DNA of 64,000 nt, from positions 581,038 through 645,037 of the forward strand of contig JAHQJS010000006.1 in NCBI GenBank assembly GCA_019057385.1. Reading direction: 5' to 3'. The DNA is from Candidatus Borrarchaeum weybense (GTDB lineage: Archaea > Asgardarchaeota > Sifarchaeia > Borrarchaeales > Borrarchaeaceae). The first letter of the stretch is position 1. The number at the start of each line of letters is the position of its first letter. This document shows positions 30,786-40,803 of the stretch, one piece after another. The translations under genes and the position numbers were made by a program. The notes beneath the pieces are model-generated. The model saw only the letters and a program-made list of their open reading frames with translations. It did not search any database and had not been told where the DNA came from.

Positions 30786-32525
30786 CTATCCACATCTCTC
30801 CACTAATTCGGGGGGACACCGTCCACCTATCATTTCATTAAGTCCTTTTGGCGGTGGTACCATCGGTAAGATATCCTCTTCTGGATCTATCTTGATGTCA
30901 ACCACATAAGGTACTCCCTCTTTTATTGCCCTTTCAAGTGCTTCCCTTATCTCGCCAGGGCGCACAACGACTTCACCTTTTGCTCCGAAAGCTTCTGCCA
31001 ACTTAACAAAATCTGGAACTTGGCCTAAATTCGTTGCAGAGTAGCGTGCTCCAAAGAACAATTTTTGCCATTGTTTCACCATTCCAAGCCATCTATTATT
31101 CAAAAGTGCTATTACAACGGGTATTTCATTTTCAACTGCAGTTGCGAACTCTTGACACACCATCATAAGCGATCCATCTCCTGCTACATCAATGACTGGT
31201 GCATCTGGTTGTCCTGAAACTTGCATGGCTACCTTTGCACCGATAGCGGCAGGAAATCCAAAGCCCATCGTCCCTAGTCCGCCCGATGTTAGAAAACTCC
31301 GAGCATGTGTACTCTTTAAGAAATGTCCCGCAAAAATCTGATTCTGGCCTACCTCCGTTGTAACTACATGGCGTTTGTAATTTGACAAAACTTTACTGAG
31401 TTCCCTCATCACTCTTTGAGGTTTTATAGGCACATCTTCAAATTCTAGATTGCAGTCACACAATTCTTTCAGTTCTTTCACTTTATTGCTCCATTCTAAC
31501 TTCTTACCATTCATTTCTACATTGGAAACCTGATTTAACATTTCTGTCAGCACTTTTTTCGCGTCGCCTAGAATATACATATCCACCGGCAGATTCTTTT
31601 CAATTTCTGCAAAGTCTATATCAACGTGAATTATCTGTGTTTTACTCCATACAGACTGTTGCCATGCTGTCACACGGTCACTAAATCGGCATCCAACCGC
31701 CAACAAAACATCGCTATTTATTAGCGGGAAGTTTGCTGTTCTTCGACCATGGAAGCCTGCCATTCCCATTGCAAGCGGATGTGTCTCTGGAATCACTCCT
31801 TTCGCCACGAGTGTCGTTGATACTGGAGCCATGAGGAGTTCAGCCAACTGAACTAATTCATTCCATGCACCAGACATGAGCACTCCTCCTCCTGCAAGAA
31901 TAGCTGGTCGTTCTGCTTGAAGCAACATCTTGACAGCTTCTTTTACTTTCGTCTTGTCCAAGCTATTATTGTTCGCCTTCACGTTTACTGTCATGTTAGG
32001 GTCGAATTCGACTTCCTTTTGTTGCACATCTCTTGGGAGATCTATAAATACGGGTCCTGGACGTCCTGTTTGAGCAATTGCAAGGGCTTCTTTCATTACA
32101 TAAGGGAGTTTATTGACATCTGTGACCTTATAGTTATGCTTTGTAACATTTAAGGTGAGTCCAAACATATCGGCTTCTTGAAACGCATCGGTTCCCATCA
32201 TGGAAGTAGGAACTTGGCCTGAAACATAAAGACACGCTGAACTATCTAGAAATGCAGTGGCCATGCCCGTAAGAAGGTTCGTTCCTCCGGGACCACTCGT
32301 CGAGAATCCGATTCCTACTTCTCCTAATGCTCGATAGTATCCGTCCGCTGCGTGGGCAACACCTTGCTCATGTCGGCATAAAACATGCCTCACGTTGCCA
32401 GCATCAACCGCTGATAAAACTTCATCATAAAGTTCCATTACAGCTCCACCAGGAAACCCGAAAATAGCTTTTACACCATCGCTTTTTAAAGCTTCAAGAA
32501 CTACTTTAGCACCTCTAATTTTCAT
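30786..32525 (-). CDS. ilvB: Acetolactate synthase large subunit (copy 2)
   Basis: FGFPGG, RHEQG, SGPGGTN, AFQEAD and GDGSL..LGMVKQWQ. Confidence 0.95.
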   Translation of the reverse strand: MKIRGAKVVLEALKSDGVKAIFGFPGGAVMELYDEVLSAVDAGNVRHVLCRHEQGVAHAADGYYRALGEVGIGFSTSGPGGTNLLTGMATAFLDSSACLYVSGQVPTSMMGTDAFQEADMFGLTLNVTKHNYKVTDVNKLPYVMKEALAIAQTGRPGPVFIDLPRDVQQKEVEFDPNMTVNVKANNNSLDKTKVKEAVKMLLQAERPAILAGGGVLMSGAWNELVQLAELLMAPVSTTLVAKGVIPETHPLAMGMAGFHGRRTANFPLINSDVLLAVGCRFSDRVTAWQQSVWSKTQIIHVDIDFAEIEKNLPVDMYILGDAKKVLTEMLNQVSNVEMNGKKLEWSNKVKELKELCDCNLEFEDVPIKPQRVMRELSKVLSNYKRHVVTTEVGQNQIFAGHFLKSTHARSFLTSGGLGTMGFGFPAAIGAKVAMQVSGQPDAPVIDVAGDGSLMMVCQEFATAVENEIPVVIALLNNRWLGMVKQWQKLFFGARYSATNLGQVPDFVKLAEAFGAKGEVVVRPGEIREALERAIKEGVPYVVDIKIDPEEDILPMVPPPKGLNEMIGGRCPPELVERCG

Positions 32526-32995
32526 TAAAATTCCTCCTTTTAGAATCTAGTTTGTATATTTCCCTACTATTGACTGAAAACAAAACATTGTTGTCATTAA
32601 AAGCATTAAATTGTCTTAAAATGACTAAACTAATTTTATTAGAAAAATAGCTTTTATGCTTACCAAATGGAATATAATCTTGTTTCAAGAACAAGTCTAT
32701 AGCTGGGAATAATTTTCTAGGTAGGTAACCCCCAAAATCCAAAAAGAATAATGTTTTGTTGCAAAGGCCTGTGTAACTAACAGATTTGATGATACCTCCA
32801 GTTCATCTGCGGACCTCCGGTAACTTTTAGGGGGTTGAATTTGTACGCTTACTTTATACTAATCTTTTATAAGTCTTTGTTTTCAATCCGATCTTTTCAA
32901 AAATAAGTATGATGGTTAACAAAGCTTGACCTTAACTTATAAAAGCGCATTCGTGTATTCGTCGAAAAAAAAGTAACAGCTTTGGAGGATTAAAT

Positions 32996-33973
32996 GTGGT
33001 AAAGATATATCATGAAAACGATGCGGATCTATCACTCCTAGATGGTAAAACGATTGCAATAATCGGTTATGGATTACAAGGGTCGGCGCAGGCAATGTGC
33101 ATGAAAGATACTGGCGTAAATGTCATAATTGGTGCACGTCCTAATGGTCCATCTTGGAATAAAGCAAGAGAATATGGTTTTGAAGTTTATGAAATCCCAG
33201 AGGCTTCAAAACGTGCCGAGATTATCTATCTTTTAGTACCCGATGAACATCACGAAAAAGTCTATAAAGAACAAATTGAACCTTACATGGAAAAATGTGA
33301 AGTATTTTGCGTTTCCCATGCATTCAGTATTGTCTTTGGGCAAGTAGTACCACCAGATAACGTAGATATAATCATGGTTGCCCCTAAAGCGCCAGGAAAG
33401 ATCGAACGTCGTCTTTATTGCGAAGGTTTCGGTGCACCTGCTCTTATCGCTGTTGAACAGGATGTAAGTAGAAAGGCAAAAGATATCGCACTTGCAATGT
33501 GCAAAGCAAATGGTTTTACACGTGCTGGAGTAATAGAGACAAAATTCTATGATGAAGTAACCAGTGATCTTTTCGGTGAGCAAGCGGTACTTTGTGGAGG
33601 TCTACACGAGCTTATTAAAACAGGTTTCGACTTGTTGGTTGAAAATGGATATGATCCAGTTCTCGCATATTTTGAATGTCTAAATGAATGTAAACTAATT
33701 ATGGATCTAATTTACGAGGGCGGTATTGAAGGAATGTGGAACAACGTTTCCAACACGGCAGAATACGGTGGCAGAACTAGAGGTGAAAGTGTAATAAATA
33801 AAGCAGCGATGGAAAAAATCCTAAAAGACGTTCAAAGCGGAAAATTTGCTCAAGAATGGATTTCAGAATACAAGGCGAATGCACCATCTCTTAAGGTTCA
33901 ACGAATTACTGGTGCTAAAGAAAACATAGAAGAAGTTGGAAAAGAAGTTAGAAAACTCTTTGAAAAGAAATAA
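32996..33973 (+). CDS. ilvC: Ketol-acid reductoisomerase
   Basis: IIGYGLQG, VAPKAPG, DLFGEQAVLCGG, AYFECL and SNTAEYG. Confidence 0.96.
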   Translation: MVKIYHENDADLSLLDGKTIAIIGYGLQGSAQAMCMKDTGVNVIIGARPNGPSWNKAREYGFEVYEIPEASKRAEIIYLLVPDEHHEKVYKEQIEPYMEKCEVFCVSHAFSIVFGQVVPPDNVDIIMVAPKAPGKIERRLYCEGFGAPALIAVEQDVSRKAKDIALAMCKANGFTRAGVIETKFYDEVTSDLFGEQAVLCGGLHELIKTGFDLLVENGYDPVLAYFECLNECKLIMDLIYEGGIEGMWNNVSNTAEYGGRTRGESVINKAAMEKILKDVQSGKFAQEWISEYKANAPSLKVQRITGAKENIEEVGKEVRKLFEKK

Positions 33974-34202
33974 ATAACCCCCTCTTTTTTTATACTTCTT
34001 TGCACTTTCATGCCGTAATAGGTAAAAAACTTTCTTTTTATGTATGTATTTGAGAGATTCGCATTTTTATTACTTAAAAGTCTAAAAGACTTTTATAGAA
34101 GTTCTGTTACAATTTTTATGAAATGGGACTATTTGAGGGGGCTTCAGTTACTATACAAGGGGTATTTATTGGCATTTTTATTTATTCATAGGAGGGGTAT
34201 CA

Positions 34203-35144
34203 GTGATGGATGAAGACAAAGAAGACGACAATAAAGAAAATGAAAAAGAAGGGTTACTAAGAGAGTTGGGTGGACCAATAATCAATAGAATTGCAAATAA
34301 ACACAGTATCAAGCCAGGAAATACTGAAGAAAGATTACTTAGATTACTGGCGATGTTATCTCACACCAATGTGAAACAGGAGTATGAAAATTATATTGAC
34401 TGTAGATTGAAAGCACATTTTCTCTACTTATTAAGGCCTGATCACTTAGGCTTGGCTAAGAATGATTTTACTAAATTCTTAGAAAGTCACAACTTAACTG
34501 ATTATCTTTATTCTTCATCTAAAAACCCCCCTAAGACTAAAACGCCACAATTGGTGTTTATAAAACAAATGGAAGATTCTTGGTTCAAACTATATTATAC
34601 CTACCTAGATGAAAGTTCTGAATGGGACTATATAAAAAACAAACCAATAGTCTCTAAATACCCTTGTCTAGCAATAGCACTTATAGAACCTGAAACTGGA
34701 TTGTTAAGCATTAGAGTTCCTGGAATGGATCATAGAAACAGTGCTGATGTAATATTCAAAAAACTTAAACGTGGATTCTCAAAAGGTAATGGAATTGAAT
34801 TAAAATTTGATCAAAATCATCTGCTTAATTTATTTGGTTGGTCAGAGCAAAGACGAATTGCAACAGTTCTTCCAGTTTTTGACGATGCTGAAGAACAGGA
34901 AATAATAAATGACAAGAAATATAGGGCAAAAAGAGGAAAGGATTTCTACGAAAGTGAAAAACTTAAGAAAGAAATAGAGAGTTCCTTGAAAGGAGGTATT
35001 CATGTATTGAAAACCTTCGAAAAATCAAAGGTGGGTTTTAATACTAGCACTGGACCCGCGAGATTATCGTTTAGAACTAATATAGGAGAGAGGGCAATTA
35101 AATATGTCCTTAATTACATTAAAGAAATACTTGGAATATCCTAA
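34203..35144 (+). CDS. Hypothetical protein, first gene of a 3-gene overlapping operon
   Basis: 313-aa ORF, SD GGAGG, AT-rich. Confidence 0.75.
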   Translation: MMDEDKEDDNKENEKEGLLRELGGPIINRIANKHSIKPGNTEERLLRLLAMLSHTNVKQEYENYIDCRLKAHFLYLLRPDHLGLAKNDFTKFLESHNLTDYLYSSSKNPPKTKTPQLVFIKQMEDSWFKLYYTYLDESSEWDYIKNKPIVSKYPCLAIALIEPETGLLSIRVPGMDHRNSADVIFKKLKRGFSKGNGIELKFDQNHLLNLFGWSEQRRIATVLPVFDDAEEQEIINDKKYRAKRGKDFYESEKLKKEIESSLKGGIHVLKTFEKSKVGFNTSTGPARLSFRTNIGERAIKYVLNYIKEILGIS

Positions 35145-35517
35145 TAAAAAGGAAGAAAAGGATTTCTGTAGATTTATCGATTATTTAATGAACAATATTA
35201 CTACGATTACAGCTATTTCTCCAAGTTTCATTTCAGAAAAATTCAATATATCAAAAAGAGAAGCTCAAAAATTTCTTCAGCATGCTGTAAAAACTAACTT
35301 TTTTGAAGTTGAACAACAACTTATTTGTCCAAAATGTGCGTATACAATAGACGAGATCACAGATCCAAATAATCTACCAAAAGAAACAATAGTTTGTGAA
35401 GATTGCGGTCTTGAATTTACACCTAAAAAAGGAGATATATTTGTAATTTACAAGCTTTCAGAAGAAGCAAAGGAGGTGATCAATAAATTTTTTCGGAACA
35501 AAGGTAGACAAAATTGA
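35104..35517 (+). CDS. wHTH plus Zn-ribbon protein
   Basis: ISEKFNISKREAQKFL; CPKC..CEDC. Confidence 0.75.
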   Translation: MSLITLKKYLEYPNKKEEKDFCRFIDYLMNNITTITAISPSFISEKFNISKREAQKFLQHAVKTNFFEVEQQLICPKCAYTIDEITDPNNLPKETIVCEDCGLEFTPKKGDIFVIYKLSEEAKEVINKFFRNKGRQN

Positions 35518-35788
35518 TGAATTTAAACTACCGATTCAAGATTTTGAAGACCAAGGGATATCTTGGGACGCTTTTGCAGATTTTATACAAATTTATGGTA
35601 CACTAATTACCGGAATTATTTTTGCTGTATCTCTTCCTATTAATATTGTTCTAAACCATTTCAATATTTATGTTCCATACCTGGAGGAACTTTTCAATTT
35701 TCTCTCTGGCATGTCTCTATTGCTATTATTCGCACTCGGACTTTTCCTCATTGGAAGAGGTGCTAAGAGAAAAAAGAGTATTAAGTAG
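35483..35788 (+). CDS. 2-TM membrane protein (101 aa) missed by the ORF track; probable ATA start
   Basis: GGAGGTGA-tca-ATA; open frame (M)NFFGTKVDKIDEF..TLITGIIFAVSL..SLLLLFALGLFLIGRGAKRKKSIK*. Confidence 0.65.
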   Translation: MNFFGTKVDKIDEFKLPIQDFEDQGISWDAFADFIQIYGTLITGIIFAVSLPINIVLNHFNIYVPYLEELFNFLSGMSLLLLFALGLFLIGRGAKRKKSIK

Positions 35789-36112
35789 TTCTCTTCTGCT
35801 AAATTGAAATCATTTAGTTTTTAATTCATGATATCAAAGGTACATAAGTTCCTAAAGATAAAAAATAATATCATTGCTAACTTCTCTAAAAGAAAAGTTT
35901 ACTTTGAATACAATTCATAACATTCTTATTTTGCATCTTTCATTGAGTTATTTGAAATATAAAACATAAAGTTCGTTCTTAGAATGAATTTAATCTCGAA
36001 AGTCTATGTCCCTTTTTTTAGATTAATTTACTTTCAATTACATAAAACTATATTTTAACCTTAATACTACTTCATGCTATCACATTCTTAGTCTCTGAAA
36101 ACTATTCCTTAA

Positions 36113-37241
36113 TACTTAGGTACTCAGGAACGGCTAATAAAACTTATATAGAAGTTCCTAAGCATACATTCTGCTCAAAAAACAAAATAGGAAAAAGAGG
36201 AAAAGGTTTCCATTTTGCGCTGGTGCCTTTCCCTCTTTGAAGGTAATCCCTATGGATTCTATTAGGAACTTTTCCGATAAAAAGTTTTCGCTCGCGGTTC
36301 ACGAAATTCTTTTGCAGTTGAAGTATAATTCGTATCCACACAATTATCTTGTTGCGAAAATTCAGGAAAGTCATGCTACTTTTTCAAGATCTCTTGTTGA
36401 AAAAGTGATACATTTTCTCTATTATAACGCGAAAAAATTAGGCAGAATTGTCATAGACTTTGAAGGGAAGGCTCTTCATTTCTATTACAATCTTGACATT
36501 TCTGAGGAAATTGCATTTCAGCGTGCAAAGAGTTTCATGGCAAATTACAGACTCTATCTTAAAAAGATGATTACGAATGACAAAAAGACAAATATTGTTG
36601 GCAGGATGGGTGAAGGAGCTGTAAGAGCTGTCTTACGGAAATTAGGTTTCACAGTCCTGCAACGAGTCAGAGCAGGGAAAGGTGATATTGACCTTATTGC
36701 AATGATTAAAAGTTTCAATTGGCGTATTTGCAAAGTAAAAGAATTCGTAATTGCTTTTGAAGTGAAGAATAGAGACAAAGAAGTAGAGTCATCTTGTCTT
36801 ACTAAATTTAATTATGCTTTAGATAAGTTTACTGCAAAAACAAACATCAAGATAGACCGAAAAATCTTAGTCGCCAAAAAATGTAGTTACAAGACGCAAA
36901 AGAGGAGTAATGGGGAGGGAATAGACATTGTTGAACTCATGCAAAAATATGTGCCGCATACTCCCTATGCAAAACCCTTTGGAAGCATATCAATCAAACA
37001 GTTTATGAGAAAAATTCTCAGGAAATTGATTAGTCTTTTTAGAGGTCTTACAGATCTCATCGAATATATTTATGCAAAAGGAATCATTTCAAACAGATTA
37101 GAACACTATAAGACTCTTCTTAATCAATTCGATTGGCTATTACTTGCTCAGTTTTTAAAAGATCATTCTCTATGTCCTGCAAAAATACGTGACTTCGTTT
37201 TAAAAATGAGGTTATCCGACTTGTTCCTGAGTACCTAAGTA
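36113..37241. repeat. Perfect 19-bp inverted repeats flanking the nuclease gene
   Basis: TACTTAGGTACTCAGGAAC (36113-36131) and GTTCCTGAGTACCTAAGTA (37223-37241). Confidence 0.9.
36237..37238 (+). CDS. PD-(D/E)xK restriction-endonuclease-like (Mrr-cat-like) nuclease
   Basis: GRMGEGAV..GDIDLIA..AFEVKN. Confidence 0.75.
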   Translation: MKVIPMDSIRNFSDKKFSLAVHEILLQLKYNSYPHNYLVAKIQESHATFSRSLVEKVIHFLYYNAKKLGRIVIDFEGKALHFYYNLDISEEIAFQRAKSFMANYRLYLKKMITNDKKTNIVGRMGEGAVRAVLRKLGFTVLQRVRAGKGDIDLIAMIKSFNWRICKVKEFVIAFEVKNRDKEVESSCLTKFNYALDKFTAKTNIKIDRKILVAKKCSYKTQKRSNGEGIDIVELMQKYVPHTPYAKPFGSISIKQFMRKILRKLISLFRGLTDLIEYIYAKGIISNRLEHYKTLLNQFDWLLLAQFLKDHSLCPAKIRDFVLKMRLSDLFLST

Positions 37242-37366
37242 CTTTCGTAGTGATCATAAGAAAAAACTATCACAAACTCATTACCTAAGTACTGAGGAAT
37301 ACATACCTTTATATAAGACTAAATCCCCATTTACCAATGTAAAAACTTGTGTGGTGGGATGACAAA

Positions 37367-37525
37367 GTGGGTGCCCTCAAATGTCCACGTTGCAATACGC
37401 AACTTTTCAAACAAAATGCTATTTATAGATGTCCTTGTTGTGGCTTTTGGGCTACGCATGAAGCACTTATAGCATCCCAAACCTCTTCTACTTTTATAAA
37501 AAATACCATAAAAGCAGTAGCATAA
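37367..37525 (+). CDS. 52-aa Zn-ribbon microprotein (not in ORF track)
   Basis: MGALKCPRCNTQLFKQNAIYRCPCCGFW..; GGTGG SD before GTG. Confidence 0.6.
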   Translation: MGALKCPRCNTQLFKQNAIYRCPCCGFWATHEALIASQTSSTFIKNTIKAVA

Positions 37526-37534
37526 AAAAAAAGA

Positions 37535-37867
37535 TTATTTGAAAAGTTGAATAAGTGCAACGAATCTCTCTGTGACGTCTTTTCCTAATTTTGTAATAGT
37601 GTATTCCTCAAGGTTACGAGATTCATCGTAAACCTTTGCTTCTAAAACACCAAGTTCTACTAGAGAATCAATTCTACTACGAATTGTATTATAACTAAAT
37701 TTTCCAAATTCATTCTTAAACTCATGTAAAAGATCTGTGGTTCGCCAAGTCGTTTTCTTTTGAAACATCAAGAGCACTTCAACACTCTTTGATTTCTCGA
37801 AAGCATCTAACATTTGCATTGTTTTTTTGTTTTTGAGATCTGAAATGACTGACAATATCAACACCAA
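37535..37867 (-). CDS. Winged-helix regulator (HxlR/PadR-like)
   Basis: SYNTIRSRIDSLVELGVL..EYTITKLG. Confidence 0.8.
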   Translation of the reverse strand: MVLILSVISDLKNKKTMQMLDAFEKSKSVEVLLMFQKKTTWRTTDLLHEFKNEFGKFSYNTIRSRIDSLVELGVLEAKVYDESRNLEEYTITKLGKDVTERFVALIQLFK

Positions 37868-37925
37868 CCAAAGTACCTAAGTAATAAGATATGATTTCCT
37901 CATACTAAAAACTACTTCATAAATC

Positions 37926-37981
37926 TTGTTATGACAGTTGTGATAACAAAATAAAGGTTTGGTCCTAAATTGTAATAACAA
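37926..37981 (-). promoter_or_regulatory. Operator array A: three TTGTnATnACAA palindromes
   Basis: Boxes at 37926, 37938 and 37970, upstream of the wHTH gene. Confidence 0.75.
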
Positions 37982-37998
37982 CTTTATTCCTGGAATAC

Positions 37999-39285
37999 TT
38001 ACAGAAAATAAAGGTAGGCGAAGAATAATAGCCCTATTGTCGGTAAAATAAGAATAAATAGATTCATCGCTATTTTAATTATAGGCATTTTTTTGTAGAG
38101 TTGATAGATTGTAACAAAACATAGTAATACAATATTTAGAAGAGCACCAATTTTGAGGACCTGAACAAGCCGGGTGTGTGGAAGAAGTACTTTTGATTCA
38201 AATTTTTCTTTGAGGAACTGATAGGAGTTCCCTGATAACCTCTCAAAATTATAGATACTTACTCCATCGGCACTTAATCGAATGCTTTCAAGTTTTTGTT
38301 TCATTATGTTAATATCTTCAGGAATTATCGGCAAATATGTCGCCGAACGTAAGTCTATATTTCTTAGATAAGTGATAGTTTCTTGAAACGTCTTGAGATC
38401 GCCGTATTCCATCACCTTGTAAAAGTCCACAAAATTGTCCCATGAATCCCATTCCTGGAAGATTCCATATCCATCTGATCCATGGATACTTGGCCGCGTA
38501 AACACATTACATCCGATATATTTGAATTTGCTGTGGACTATTTTTGAAGCCTCTTTAACAAAGGTGGTGATGGTCTCAGTCATAAAGGTTTCCCATTTAG
38601 CCCACATTTGTGTATCTGCTTCATCAAAATCTAAAGGACTAACGCTGTAAGTTTCGGTGAATTTTTCTAAACTGTATGGATCATAGGACGGTTTATCTAA
38701 ATATCTGACGAAATCTAATATAATCCCGTCCACGCCTTTTGCAAGTATTTCTTCAATGATCGAAAAATAGAACTCACGGACTTCTGGAATCGCGGGTGAG
38801 AACCAATACTTGATCCACGAAGCTTGAGGAGTCACAGGATTGCCTTGTCTGTCCACTGCCCACCACTCACTATGGTTCTCACTACCCGTTCGTGAAGAAT
38901 AATCAATCCACAGGTCTACAATTGCATAGACTTTGAGTCCCTTTTCCTTTCCCTTTTGAATAAAATATTCCAGCACGTCAAAGTCATACGTAAAATCAGT
39001 GATAGAAATTTGACCTTGTGAAACTTCGCTGGGATAATACGTCAGAGATCCACCAACCGCTAAAGAAATTATGTTTGCGCCAAGTTGGTCAATTTGCCTA
39101 ATCTTGGCATCAATTTCTTCTTGAGTTTTATACTGACCGCTATCAAGTTTGATAGTAACGATTCTGCCTTCCTCATATTTGTTCTCTGCCGTTGTGATAT
39201 TGAAAGCAATTTGTATGAAAGCAGAACTGCAAATGATTACGAGCAATACTATGAATGCAATTCTCAAGTCGTCAGGTTTTGCCAT
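37999..39285 (-). CDS. Membrane-anchored GHL10/DUF187-like glycoside hydrolase
   Basis: GLKVYA, WFSPAIPEVREF and GVDGIILDFVRY; N-terminal TM and two C-terminal TMs; start set at ATG 39285. Confidence 0.8.
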   Translation of the reverse strand: MAKPDDLRIAFIVLLVIICSSAFIQIAFNITTAENKYEEGRIVTIKLDSGQYKTQEEIDAKIRQIDQLGANIISLAVGGSLTYYPSEVSQGQISITDFTYDFDVLEYFIQKGKEKGLKVYAIVDLWIDYSSRTGSENHSEWWAVDRQGNPVTPQASWIKYWFSPAIPEVREFYFSIIEEILAKGVDGIILDFVRYLDKPSYDPYSLEKFTETYSVSPLDFDEADTQMWAKWETFMTETITTFVKEASKIVHSKFKYIGCNVFTRPSIHGSDGYGIFQEWDSWDNFVDFYKVMEYGDLKTFQETITYLRNIDLRSATYLPIIPEDINIMKQKLESIRLSADGVSIYNFERLSGNSYQFLKEKFESKVLLPHTRLVQVLKIGALLNIVLLCFVTIYQLYKKMPIIKIAMNLFILILPTIGLLFFAYLYFL

Positions 39286-39394
39286 TATTTTTTTCCTCTT
39301 CTTTTTTTTCAATTTCCTGTCTGATAACTTCTAAAACAGAACCACACAAGAAAAGTCCTCCTGATTATACTTAGGTAATGAAAAAAATAATTGA

Positions 39395-39640
39395 CTAGAG
39401 TTCAACAGGCAGTCGACTAACAATGTCCGCAATTGCTTTGGTATTCTTCTGTATGCTAGTTAACGTATGTTTCATCTTTGCTTCATGTTGTCCTATCTTA
39501 GAACACGCTTCTTTGTCGCCATGTACCTTGCATAAATGAACAACTTCCCTGAGTTCAGTTTGATTCTCAGCATACTCTTCTAAGTCTGCAACAAGAAACA
39601 AAATCCAACTATCGAGATTCAAAGGCATTGTTTCATGCAC
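39395..39640 (-). CDS. Hypothetical helical protein
   Basis: 81-aa ORF within the minus-strand gene run. Confidence 0.55.
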   Translation of the reverse strand: MHETMPLNLDSWILFLVADLEEYAENQTELREVVHLCKVHGDKEACSKIGQHEAKMKHTLTSIQKNTKAIADIVSRLPVEL

Positions 39641-39697
39641 ACTCCTTCTTCTTTTCTTTTTGATTATTTAAGTAGTCTAAAAGGCGACTTCTACTCA

Positions 39698-40378
39698 TTA
39701 TTTGGAGAACGATTTTTCATAATAGCTCTTCTTCCTTTTCTTGTGAATCAACGGGATCATAAGAATAAGTACAGTAATGATTACGCCGATCATAAGAATA
39801 AGTAGTTCATAACCACCGATGTAAAAGTATACATACCAAGACTCAGGATCCCAGAGTGAACTTCCCTCTTTTACTTGCGTCACAACTATTCTTTGGAAAT
39901 AACTCTCTTCTACTGTTGTCACGTAACTAATCGAATCGTGGATTCGTTGAAGCCTGAGATGGTTATTTGTATCTGAGAAATCCCATCGAATTATGTACAG
40001 ATTGATTTCAATGTAATTGAAAATGATTTCAACAGTCAGTACTACATGATGTCTCTGGTCGCCATTGAACTCATCTATGTCATATACAAGTTTTTGTGAA
40101 GTAGAAGTTACTTGAAACAAGTCAACTTTTTCTGAATTAAAGTCGAGCGTGTGTTGTTTTAAGCCGTTAGAATTGAACTCTTGAATGGCAACGTATTCGA
40201 GGTCATGTTTATTATTGATATTTTTGTACCAATAACGGAAGTGTACTTTATCGTTTCGGTAACTAAGACATATCTCCTCATTACTGATAGTATCAGTCGC
40301 GGCGACTGTTGGTTGAACAAGAACACCGACTAAGACAAGTGCTACAATTAGCGCACACATTGCTTGTTTATGATTCAT
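39698..40378 (-). CDS. Secreted beta-rich protein with C-terminal TM anchor (putative surface/virion protein)
   Basis: Signal peptide MNHKQAMCAL..PTVAA; C-terminal TM followed by KKRKK. Confidence 0.7.
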   Translation of the reverse strand: MNHKQAMCALIVALVLVGVLVQPTVAATDTISNEEICLSYRNDKVHFRYWYKNINNKHDLEYVAIQEFNSNGLKQHTLDFNSEKVDLFQVTSTSQKLVYDIDEFNGDQRHHVVLTVEIIFNYIEINLYIIRWDFSDTNNHLRLQRIHDSISYVTTVEESYFQRIVVTQVKEGSSLWDPESWYVYFYIGGYELLILMIGVIITVLILMIPLIHKKRKKSYYEKSFSK

Positions 40379-40385
40379 TTTTTTC

Positions 40386-40688
40386 TTACTTCCCAATAAT
40401 TCTTTTAATGGTCGGAAAACCAAGTAGCGCAATACTTAGAAGTAAGCATAATGCCGCAACGACTAAGATTGCAATGTAAGGAAACCCTAGATACAATAGA
40501 TTTCCAACGATATTTTCTGAAGATGTAGTAAAGTATTGAAGAACATAGTCTTTAGCCTTAGTGACCCACAAATTAGCACCAACTGCATTAGCGATCCAAC
40601 CTCCAAGTGACCAGATCATACCTGATGCGATGAATAAAAACGCAACACCAACGAGATACCGCAATTTAGAAACTACCTTTTTGACCAT
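40386..40688 (-). CDS. 100-aa two-hydrophobic-helix protein, candidate virion coat protein
   Basis: Basic N-terminus, two long hydrophobic helices, basic C-terminus KRIIGK. Confidence 0.65.
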   Translation of the reverse strand: MVKKVVSKLRYLVGVAFLFIASGMIWSLGGWIANAVGANLWVTKAKDYVLQYFTTSSENIVGNLLYLGFPYIAILVVAALCLLLSIALLGFPTIKRIIGK

Positions 40689-40803
40689 TTTTCCTTTCAC
40701 CTTTTCTAATTACTTAGGTACTTTCGTAATATCTGTCACGCCAGGAATTGACGCAACACACGATTTATGAAAGCATTTGGGGATTTAGGCGGTGCAAATC
40801 TAT

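Noticed and set aside
32530-32990. Attenuator or riboswitch between ilvB2 and ilvC, and the 75-aa ORF
   Set aside because: No Ile/Leu/Val-rich leader peptide or recognisable aptamer
34135-34146. GAGGGGGCTTC resembling the early leader, as a possible left boundary
   Set aside because: Single short match with no hairpin or partner repeat in the window
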